NCBI GenBank assembly: GCA_040954595.2
Contig: CM082588.2
Location: forward strand, 5,272,156 to 5,336,155
Origin: Balanoglossus misakiensis
Taxonomy: Eukaryota; Animalia; Hemichordata
Length of the DNA stretch: 64,000 bases
Direction: 5' to 3'
Shown here in pieces: positions 15,301 through 26,301 of the stretch (positions are counted from its first letter, which is position 1; each line of letters starts with the position of its first letter). The notes beneath the pieces were generated by a model, which was not told the origin of the DNA, searched no databases, and saw nothing but the letters and a program-made list of their open reading frames with translations. Made by a program: the position numbers and the translations under genes.

Positions 15301-15499
15301 CTCTACGAGGCGTTCCGGTGCAGTTCTGACAAATACCCGTCTTGGGAAACTCGACGCAGATATCGCAGCTGAGGCATCTGCGCCAGACGGGGTCGTACAT
15401 CTCATTCTCGGGACACACGGGCTCGGCCAGGCACAGTCTGTAGATCGTCAGAGTCAGGAAGATGCCGCAGAGAACGTGCTCGGCGTCGCCCATTACCAT
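15301..15499 (-). CDS. First coding exon of a TNF-receptor-like protein: signal peptide plus one BCMA/TACI-type cysteine-rich domain (downstream exons not resolved)
   Basis: M(VM)GDAEHVLCGIFLTLTIYRLCLA signal-like segment, then EPV-CPENEMYDPVWRRCLSCDICVEFPKTGICQNC (6 Cys spaced like TACI CRD1/BCMA). Ends at a consensus donor AG|GTAAGT (intron starts 15300, phase 1). GC-rich, exon-like composition. Confidence 0.6.
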
Positions 15500-18400
15500 G
15501 GTGAGATGGTGCGCGGACGCTGTGTAGTGATGGCGTTTAAATCCCTTCTTGTTAACTGCGCCGCGGTATCAGCGAGTCCTAGTACAGCTCACCAGATAAC
15601 ACAGCCGACTGAGGCGTTTGTTATCCCCGGTTTGTGTCCGATGAGTGCGTCCAGCGGTCGCTCACACGAATAGAAATCACAAAACTCTGCGAGACACGCA
15701 TCATAAACCGGGAGTGTCGCCAAGGGGGAACGCCCGTCAGCGTCAGGTCAGGCGAAACCGTGAGTTTACTGCCAAAGACAAGTTATAGGCACATCGAGTC
15801 AATTAAACAGAACCGTTTCAGATATATTGCGGGCAGTTTTAACTGGCGCGATCCCGGCTGGCATCGCCCAACTTATTCAACTTAAAGAGTTGATGCCTTC
15901 GCAGCAAGCTGCAGAGTCATTCGGCGTGATTTAGTGAAGATGTTTATGTGTGACCGAAATGGACCCTTAATCTCGGGTTGGTGCGGCGTCTTTTGGACTT
16001 CAATCACTCATACGTGCCTGAACTGCGCAAAGAGGGGATATGTTCCGCACTGCACATAATCACTGCACGGAAGCGACGTAGTCTATTTGCAGAGCTACAG
16101 CGAATCGCAGACCAGCTTTTAAAACCTGTCCCTGATTTGCATACTGCGTCGCCCAATCACGTCACATTATTATTAGCACCGGTAACAGAAGTGATGACAT
16201 TTGTCGATTCATCTGCGGCGTACTCTGCAAAATAATGATGATATAAAAACTTATCTATATGTCTATGGCAGCAAATATGATAGACAGGAAGGTTGAAGTC
16301 AGGGTGAACTTTCCCACGCCCCTAGGTGGTCTAGTCAAGCAAACACCACGTTATAGGGCCCTGACCTCACCGCTGCGAAAATGCCTGCGTACATACATTC
16401 TATTGCCAAAGGATATCAACAGCTTCAAAATGCAATCTAAATTACATTACCATACCCAGCTTTCTTGGAATCGGTTTATCTCGAAGATGATGGCATTCTT
16501 GATGGTAAATTTATCAGGAGATATCCATCGTTGTTACAGTTGTCTTTCTGTTATCGAAAATGTCGAGCTGGCGGAAAATTACGACGTTTTTCTGATAGTC
16601 TTAACACTTTGCTATAAAATATGTATTAAGTTTATGACACGGCAAATAAAGCCGCGATGGTTTGAGAAGGATCATTTAGTTTATTACCACCAGGGCCGAC
16701 AAGTTTTAGGTATTTAGGTATTCTTTGCAGACTTTATGCATGTAGTATTTGTTATGTGTTTGAAAAGTACTTGTTTCAAACCATTGGAACTTAGTCCATT
16801 AAACAGTTTTCTCTGGGTGCGCGTTAGCAGGATGCATGCTTTGAAGATTATTGCGTAAAGTCCTACTGAACTTTAGCAAAACAAAAATAACCTCGTGGAC
16901 AACGATTCTGCACTCTCAATCGATACTCTCATTATTCCCGATGACTCAAGGAACGATCGTTCAGCAATCCTGTTATCCAACGACGGCATTCGGTATCGAC
17001 GTTCTTAATGCATCCCTATATGACTGGTGTATCCCGATTACAACAATCACCACAAATGTTATCGCTTTCTTAACAGGGAAAGGAATTCTCAAAAAGGGAA
17101 TTCATCAGAGTATCGAAAAAGATTCCGCCAATTCAAAAACAAGTCTACATGTACATGTACTTCAAATATAACAAAGCCCGCAAGCTGAAGAGATATCAAT
17201 GTGCAACGCGTCAGAAAACTCACATGGCGAATTCTGGAATAAAAAAAACCTTTCGGATATCAGGATTTCATTGCAAAAATAAAATTCACTGTTTTGTCAT
17301 TGGTTTCACAGCCAGACATTGAGATGACAGAAAATTATCATGTAAAATTGCGCTTCGACTATCAAACGTTTAAAATCCCCACACGTCTAATTATTGTAGT
17401 CGGAGAGAGAAACACGTGATATCAATACAAAATTGGTGTACCTCCGGGACATGTTTAAAACTTATTAAACGTAGCTTAAATCCTGTACACATAAAAATTG
17501 TCCCAGCGTGTGAGTTGTGATGAAACTATTTGATATTTTCATTCTCTAGCGGATAACGTCTAAGACGACCATTGATTTTTAAACTGGTAAATTATTATTA
17601 GTTTTTTAATGACGAATGTAGAATTCTTAATTTCAAATTCTGTGTATTCTTTTCTCAGTATATGCCTGGTTCTTTAGAATTGTATGGAGATGTAATACAG
17701 GAATAAGGATGCTCGCGTCACCTTGAACGTAAAATTAATATTATCACTGCCGAGTAAACACGAAGTCTCGGCAGACTCTTAAATTGTCCTATCCATGAAT
17801 ATGAGACACTTGGTTTCCCTGTCCACAATTGTTCACGATGATTGATAACTTTATTCATTTAGAACGGCAGTAAATTGAATAAATTGCGTGTATAAAGAGT
17901 TTTAAGCCACGTTCCTTGTGAAAAATTGTTTATTTTGTCCTGCTATCCTTGAGCTGTTCTGGGTCCATATAGATTCCCTCGCGCCATAAATATTGCTACG
18001 CATGACGGGTGACGCAAACAAGGGCGCAAATTCCCATAAGCTTACTAGTATAAACCAAAGATTACGACATCGAAGTTTTATGGGGTATATCTTGAAACCT
18101 TGTATAGCACTAATGATTCTGTATATTTCTGTTGGAACAAGCCAGATTCGTTCTATTTTTACCCTCGCCCACTTTTCACTTCTTAATGCAAAGTGATATA
18201 CGTTTGTGCTTTTCCAAGCCATTAGCCTGGAGGACTTTTAAGCGCGTCGTATCAAGGTGCCCCCATCGATCCAAGGTTCTGTCACACAATCGACTTCACA
18301 GGCCGTGTCGACGTCATGCACGTCTGTCTGTTTGTTTTCTCGCATGCCCGCGGTACAAACCATGTATAACGTCGTCACCATCGTATCAACCATCTCCGTC

Positions 18401-19349
18401 CGCGACGTGCATATATATCGTTCATTGCAGTTTTCCAATTCGCCCTCTTGATCAAATTGTAATTGCGTCGCGGAAGCAGCCTTGTGAATGAGACAAACTA
18501 TACGCGATGAGATTCGGTGAAAATTAGGAGAAGATGAGCAAACTATCAAGCCAGGAAATTTACACAATGCAATCAAATTGTCTGGTGTGATGGTGATGAT
18601 AGATTGCGGGCATACAAATTGGATTAACATTCGATTCGCCGTGCCCTCTCTGACCTCAGTTGTTTATTTTATATGCATTGAAATGAATTTGATAGTCCGA
18701 CAAAAAAGAACGCATTATAGACAGACAGCGTTGTTTTTTGTTTTGGTCACCGGGGACAGGCCCAAAGGTCACGTCATCTTTAAATTCCGTTAACAGAATT
18801 TCGCTGTAATCGGAATTTTGACTCTTCTAAAGTCGGAGCCACGACAACGCTATTGACATGGTTGACTTAAATACAGATGTTTTCCTGTGGGAACGCGTTC
18901 AGATTTACTATACACGCCAGAAAATTGCACTCAGATTCAAATAATTATTTTTTATGTCAGTCAAAACATCTTCAATCAATATTGTTTTAGTGGCAATATG
19001 AGCATGAAGTCGTCGATAATTGATCCTAATTTGAAAACATTGTGCGGGAAATTTTCCTTTCATAGTTGAAGTAAATTTCCTTGAATATGGTTGTGTTCGT
19101 GATGAAAAAAGTCTGATGGGTTCGTCAGCCTGGGGGAATTAAGTTGGTGATGTTACATGTCGCCGTCGCATGTTAGCTAGACAGGGAGATAAGTCAGGGT
19201 GAAGCAGGCCAGATCGATGGATGGATGGATGGGTGGTTGGATGTTGTGGGGTGGGTTTTCTACTGGCTATGGTTAAGGTTAGGAGTGTGTGTATGTATGT
19301 GTGGCAATCTGTCCATCCAACAACCCGCCCGCACATCACCTCTCACCCA

Positions 19350-19460
19350 GCATCCATCCATCCATCCATCCATCCATCCATCCATCCATCCATCCATCCA
19401 TCCATCCGTCCGTCCATCTATCCGTCCGTCCATCTATCCGTACACCCATCCACCCACCCA
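19350..19460. repeat. (CATC)n tetranucleotide microsatellite with degenerate tail
   Basis: Perfect CATC run ~19351-19407, then degenerate CGTC/CATC; explains the HPSI-repeat ORFs. Confidence 0.9.
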
Positions 19461-20666
19461 GCTGAAGCACACAACCATCTACCCATTCACCATCTATCCA
19501 TCAACTCCCATCTCTCTGTCATCACCAATTACAGGGATCGCTCCTTTACTTAGTTCTTTCCAAGGTGCGCAGTTGCCTCGTCTTAATTTCACCCTGAGAT
19601 AATGCAACCCTTAGCGAAAAAGATGAGGAAATTGCCAATAACCATAAAATCTGCGAAATTTATCGACGGAGAAAATGTCGCGCCTTTAAAACGAGTAATC
19701 GTCGCAAATCTACGTCGGTAAAGTAACCGTTAATGTTATTAAAGTCGTTCAATTAATGGTGCTGTGATGAAACTGAGAGACGCAATTTAGATTAGATCGC
19801 GCGAGATGTCAAGGGTCACGTGAGAATACAACGCCAGTCTGATCGACACGAGATGTTTGTCCACGCTACGCTGCTTTCATGGTCTTTGGCAATGAATATT
19901 TCGATAACATCTTACTGGAAAGATTCTTATATTTTTGTTAACATATGAGCTTAAATGTCATTGGCCAATACTACGCACAGGCAGTTACTCAACATCCCTC
20001 GATCAGACAGTAAACGTGAATTCGCGTAACTTTTTGTCTCCTTTGAACGTACTTTACAGTTCAGCAAGATACGGGAGAACTTTTTATAGCGGTTGCGGTG
20101 GTTTTTATCATTCAATGCCCGTCATTAACATCTGTCTGCGCGTCAACAGCTCATCAACTACTCTGTTTGTCAACCTGACGACGTTTCAGCATGGCCAATC
20201 TGCCGTGGATTTGTTCTCGTGGGGGAGTGCTTTAGTGTATTTCTGTCCATCACTGGGACCTTTGGGGCATCGTAAACAAGTAGGTCGTAACAGGACTGAT
20301 TAATAATGTATATACATAGCGTAGTGACTCTAGAGTGCCCTCAAAAGGACGATGGGGTGAATCCCTCGTCTACATGCATTTCCTTTATCGACGACAGCAG
20401 GTCTTGCCAAATGAAGAGAAGCGACGTGTTACGAATTGCTGACGAAGTTGGCTGGTAACTGACTCATATTTCTGATAGTCTGTCGAATGAATTGTTTTTG
20501 CTTTGTGTGCACTCCTCATGTACAAAGTGATTAGTGTTGTGTTTTGAGGGTATAGGTGACGTAAACTAAACAATTTCATTTTGTTTCCAAAAAGTAAAAC
20601 TTAAAGGAAAACGAACGAAATACTTATTACTTAACGACAAATGGTGGCGGTATATTACCGTCCAAA

Positions 20667-23064
20667 ATGGCGTCCAACGACAGAGCTAAAACTGCTGGCG
20701 AAACAATCGGCATTGTTGGCTGGTAAGTTCTTGCTCTACCTATCTATTGTGTGACATATTGGGACCATCTCTCCTGGGACTTAGTTTTCGGAGAGTTCGC
20801 ACTCTCATATTTGATCGACAAGAAGGTAGCAAAAGCAAGATACAGATATATGACCAACAGTTTTACTTTTCAATCATTTCATTATAGATACAAGTACATG
20901 TACATGCATTATCGCGTAAGTTTTAATACGGCGAATGAGTCTAGACAGCGTTTTGATATCGTACCATTGCAAGCGTGTACACATATGCAACATGCTTTGA
21001 TCGCCACCATTTTCGCCTATTAAGACTTTCAATCAGCAAGTGTGTGATTAAAGCAGACTTTTGACCCACTTTTCATGACCCGAGTGCACCTTTTGACCCG
21101 ACACGTATTAAAATACTAAGGTTCACGTGTCTATGACTGAATAAAGCAATATGAGATTCAAATCAGACTTTGAGTTTTTGTCTCGGTATTTCTCATTATA
21201 GTGGCCTGATCGGACAGAGTTGGGCCATGTTGTTTGCCAGTGCAGGTTACAAGGTCAACCTCTACGACATCGACCCATCACTCGTTGCCAATGCCATTGA
21301 CAAGATCAAGGAATCCCTCCTAGGTCTTGAAAAGGACGGGCTACTCAAGGGGTCGCTCACTGCAGAGGAGCAGTTTGGTCTCATCTCAGGGTGCAATGAG
21401 TTGGCCACAGCAGTCAAAGGGGCCAAACATGTACAGGTGAGGGGAATACTAAGCTAACCCAAAGACATGCACGTACTGTGTTTCTCAGCAGTGCTTTTAA
21501 AGCCCCAGTAACTCCAACTTTGGGGTATTTTCTCTGAACTTATGTTTTGGGTATCAACTGTGTTTCTTGTTCTACTCTGTAAAACATAAAACAATTGTTC
21601 AGTATTTTTTTTCAACTCAGCGCCTTTTGTACCAATCAGCATGGTTATTTAATTCAAGTCCGGATTAGAATTCGTTTGTCAACAATAAGAATACACTCGT
21701 ATACAGACTTTGTTGTGAAGCTATGGGTGATTTTTTCTGCAGGAATGTGTTCCGGAGAACTTAGATCTGAAGAAGAAAGTCATGGGGCAGATAGATGAAG
21801 TGGCCGATGACCACACAGTCTTGTCCAGTTCCACGTCAACTCTGCTACCATCTTTGTTTACAGAGAATCTTAAACATCGCAATAATGCTATAGTTTCCCA
21901 TCCTGTAAGTTGTTATGAGTTTCTCTATCTTACTATTGTGAATAACTTGGACCCACTTCTTTCATTTTGATCGTACAATAAACCCAAATTGTTAATGATT
22001 GATGCCCAGTATTTATGTTTTCCCGTTTTCAGGTAAATCCCCCTTATCATGTACCTCTTGTGGAAATTGTACCAGCGCCTTGGACGGACAAGGATGTGGT
22101 CACAAATACAAGGACTTTACTGGAAGAGATTGGGCTAAAGCCAATAACCTTGGCCAGAGAGAAGATTGGTTTCGTGCTGAATAGAATACAGCATGCCATT
22201 CACAATGAATGTTTCCGTCTAGTTGAGGTGAGTCTTTGTTTTCAAAATATAGCGATTTGTATCTCTTATGAGAATGAATACTTATCTCTTTGACTGCTGC
22301 ATTAAGGTAGTACAATAGCTCTGGATCATCATTGTTATAATTAGAAAGTGAAGTTACTCTATCTTATATTATTGTCTTGATAGGAAGGCATCGTGTCGAC
22401 CGATGACATAGACACCTCGATTAAATGGGGACTTGGTATGAGATACGCATTCATGGGACCATTCGAAACATCACATCTAAACGCTGAAGGTAATTAATAT
22501 AAGTTATGAGAAATGTTTACTTCTTAGAAATGAACCACCTTAGACCTCCATTGCATATGCCACTGTGGGTCAGTCCAAACCCATTGTTTTCTAGGGGGGG
22601 GGGGGTTGGACCTCTAAAGAGGAAACTGGGGGTGAAAGGGTTAAAGTTAGGTGTGACTTGCTTTCTTTCATTCTGTGAGATAGGTACATAATCTTACTCT
22701 CATAGCCAACATATTGCATCTAGTGTTGGTAGGTGACGCACACCATATGATAGTTAATTTCGCTGAATCGCAATGCAGGTCACAGGCGAGGGAGGTGTGT
22801 TACAACATGATCTCATTCATTTCTTTTACATCCGCAGGCCTGAAAAGCTACTGTGATCGCTACGGCCAGGCGATGAGAGCCGTGACTCAAGACTTTGGAC
22901 CGATACCAAGCTACGTGGGACCCCTGGTGGATTCTTTGTCTGAAGAGATGAACAAGAAGATACCCTTGGATAAACTCAACGAACGCCGGCAGTGGCGGGA
23001 CAAACGACTGATCGCTCTGGCCAAACTGAAGAAAGATCTTGATGAGAAAGATGCAAGTAAATAA
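20667..23064 (+). CDS. CRYL1: Lambda-crystallin homolog / L-gulonate 3-dehydrogenase, tandem copy A (6 exons, 326 aa)
   Basis: Exons 20667-20722, 21202-21436, 21743-21904, 22033-22227, 22384-22489, 22838-23064; all introns GT-AG, total 981 nt. Rossmann motif [22 protein letters not shown], plus [45 protein letters not shown] and RQWRDKRL typical of CRYL1 (3-hydroxyacyl-CoA dehydrogenase family). Confidence 0.95.
22566..22640. mobile_element. Left-truncated copy of the piggyBac-like mini-element in CRYL1-A intron 5
   Basis: Homologous to 25132-25215; keeps the right end ACTGGGGGTGAAAGGG-TTAA but lacks the left TIR. Confidence 0.55.
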
Positions 23065-23339
23065 TCCCCCCCCCCCTCGTGTCTTTATCTGAAGCCTCGT
23101 TATCTATCAGTTTCGATATGGTAGTTTTTAAAAAGGTTTTCCAAAGTGTGACCACTGACAGGCAAGTTTGTCAATACTTTCGACGAACATAATAAAGACC
23201 TTCTCAGGAAATAGAATTGTCTGTCCTTTCATATGGTGACTTCGGCTTCGTTGTGATACGGGTGTGCGCATTTAGCGGAATAGCAGAAAAACAAAGTTAA
23301 ATAATTTCGCGTCGAGTGAGGGCGGTTCAACGATCCAAA

Positions 23340-25541
23340 ATGGCGTCCAACCAAGCAGCGAAGTTCAAAGACGAAAAGATCGGCATTGTTGGCAGGTAAG
23401 CAATCGTTCTTCGACCCTTGTGCGTACCTCATGTTAACACATCGGTTCACAAGTGTCTGTAGTTTACAAATTGAGTATTCAAAATCGACGTCAGCCAAGG
23501 GATCATATCATCAATCATGCCACTGCCAGTTGTCAACTTTGCCTGGCCATGTCAATATACACCTTGTTTCTTTCATGAGGTTGTAGGGGGCGTTTCCGTC
23601 TGATCACTGTATCGTGAGTATTTGCTTATTTCCTCAATTATGTCAGCACACCTCTGTGCTGCTAATCATGGGGCTGGCATCCCTGTACACCATGCAAGTG
23701 TGTGGTACTGCGCTAAATTCGAATACGACAGATACTGAAACTGACATGGAACACGGCCCCTCCCCTTATCAGTGTTGCGTAACCCGGTAGCGTAACCAGA
23801 GCAATTGCAGTTCACCAAATAACAAGCTAAAGGCGAGGCTGAGGTTTATGATGGTGTGTTGCACTTAAAATAATTGTATTCTTCATCTGGAATGCAGTCA
23901 ACTCACAGACATGTCTTCACTTCTATCTACAGTGGCCTGATCGGACAGAGTTGGGCCATGCTGTTTGCCAGTGCAGGTTACAAGGTCAACCTGTACGACA
24001 TCGACCCATCACTCGTTGCCAATGCCATTGACAAGATCAAGGAATCTCTCCTAGGTCTAGAAAAAGACGGGCTACTCAAGGGGTCGTTCACTGCAGAGGA
24101 GCAGTTTGGTCTCATCTCAGGGTGCAATGAGTTAGCCACAGCAGTCAAAGGGGCCAAACATGTACAGGTGAGGGGAATACAAATCAGTAGTTCCAATATC
24201 AAATGAAGATAACCCAAAGACATACACTTACTGTGTTTCTCAGCAGGGCTTTTAAAGCCCCAGCAACTTCAACTTTGGGCTATTTTCTCTGTTTTTCTTA
24301 TGTTTTGGGTGTCAAGTCAGCATGGTTAATATTAAAAATTTAATTTTTCCTTTTTCCAGGAATGTGTTCCGGAGAACTTAGATCTGAAGAAGAAAGTCAT
24401 GGGGCAGATAGATGAAGTGGCCGATGACCACACTGTCTTGTCCAGTTCTACATCAACTCTGCTACCATCTTTGTTTACAGAGAATCTTAAACATCGCAAA
24501 AATGCTATAGTGTCCCATCCTGTAAGTTGTTATGAGTTTCTCTATCATACTATTATGAATAACTAGGAACCACTTCTTTCAATTTGATCGTACAATAAAC
24601 ACCAATTTTCATAATGTTGACCAATGTTTATATTTTCCCATTTTCAGGTAAATCCCCCTTATCATGTACCTTTCGTGGAAATCGTACCAGCCCCTTGGAC
24701 AGACAAGGATGTGGTCACAAATACAAGGACTTTATTGGAAGAGATTGGGCTAAAGCCAATCACCATGGCCAGAGAGAAAACGGGTTTCGTGCTGAATAGA
24801 ATACAATATGCCATTCACAATGAGTGCTTCCGTCTAGTTGAGGTGAGTCTTTGTTTCAAAATACAGTGCTTTATAATTTTATCATCATCATCATTAGAAA
24901 GTGGAGTCACTTTATCTTATTTTTCGTCTTGATAGGAAGGCATTGTAACAACTGATGACATAGACACCACAATGAAATGGGGACTTGGTATGAGATACGC
25001 ATTCATGGGACCATTCGAAACAATACATCTAAACGCTGAAGGTAATAAATATGAAATGTGTGGCATGTATACTTCCTAGAAATGAACCACCTCTGATTTC
25101 CATGGCATATGCCACTGTCTTCAGCACTTTACCCTTTCACCACAGTGGGTCAGTCCAAACCCATTGTTTTCTATGATGAGGTTGGACCTCTAAAGAGGGA
25201 ACTGGGGTGAAAGGGTTAAAGTTTGGTGTGACTTGCTTTCTTTCAGTGAGACAGGATGCAGACATGGTGTGTTACAATATGATCTCATTCATGTCTTATA
25301 CTATACATCCGCAGGCCTGAAAAGCTACTGCGATCGCTACGGCCAGGCTATGAGAGCCGTGACTCAAGACTTCGGTCCGATACCAAGCTACGTGGGTCCC
25401 CTGGTGGACTCCTTGTCTGAAGAGATGAACAAGAAGATACCGTTGGATAAACTCGACGAGCGACGTCAGTGGCGGGACCAACGACTGATCGCTCTGGCCA
25501 AACTGAAGAAAGATCTTGATGAGAAAGATGCAAGTAAATAA
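23340..25541 (+). CDS. CRYL1: Lambda-crystallin homolog / L-gulonate 3-dehydrogenase, tandem copy B (6 exons, 326 aa)
   Basis: Exons 23340-23395, 23933-24167, 24360-24521, 24648-24842, 24936-25041, 25315-25541; same exon lengths as copy A (56/235/162/195/106/227). Canonical IVGSGLIG and NRIQYA motifs. Confidence 0.95.
25132..25215. mobile_element. ~84-bp piggyBac-like MITE in CRYL1-B intron 5
   Basis: TTTA-CCCTTTCACCACAGT ... ACTGGGGTGAAAGGG-TTAA: CCC...GGG terminal inverted repeats with TTAA-type flanks and an internal GTCCAA/TTGGAC inverted repeat. Confidence 0.6.
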
Positions 25542-26098
25542 TCACCCCCCCCCCCGGGGTAGTGGTTGATTCCTTTGTCACTGTCAGTCGTATGAGGGCG
25601 CTGGGCATACACCTGAGAGTGGGGTACATCAGTGAACACAACCTTCCGGTGCAGGGTACTGAATCTCAATTATTTCTGCCATATTCAATTTCCACTACCT
25701 TAAATGAGTTTTTGCTACCTAGGCAAGTGATAAAAATCTCGCGTAGTTGATAATTCCAATATGGCAGATTTCTACCATGTTTAAATTGAAGGGAGTTCGG
25801 AAACTTCTGGAATTTTATAACAGAAAAAAAAATAATAAAAACTATGCAGACATCTTGTTCTGTAGAATACAAAACCGTAATCATGGTGATGATTTTTGGG
25901 ATGAAAATGTGAAAACTGATTGACTTTCTCTGTAAGGCTGAACAAGAAATACATTACTTGTATATTTGTATTTTCAAAGATAATTGGGAATAAAATCGTT
26001 AGACGTATAAATTACAGCCAAAACGTTCTGTCTTATTCTGATAACCCTTTGATAAGTTCTATAATAGACTTCGAGAAGAGATGTGTTCTCAATCATGA

Positions 26099-26134
26099 CA
26101 TACATACATACATACATACATACATACATACATA
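26099..26134. repeat. (CATA)n microsatellite
   Basis: Visible perfect run between the converging CRYL1-B and SLCO 3' ends. Confidence 0.9.
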
Positions 26135-26301
26135 CCTATCCACTGTATCTTTCAAATAATGAGTCTATTAGTAACATTAGCAAGAGTTGTAAATTTTATT
26201 GCCTAATATTTCATATTGCACGAGAGGTAGGCGAGAGATTGTCAGATTATATACTTCACAAATGTGAAGTTGACTTTGAAATGTTCTTATTCGGTTGGAA
26301 A

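Noticed and set aside
16259-17171. 152-aa and 106-aa plus-strand ORFs
   Set aside because: AT-rich, no motifs or exon structure; consistent with chance ORFs.
19217-19410. (GATG)n followed by (CATC)n as a functional hairpin
   Set aside because: The upstream arm is only about 4 units; more simply explained as microsatellite turnover.
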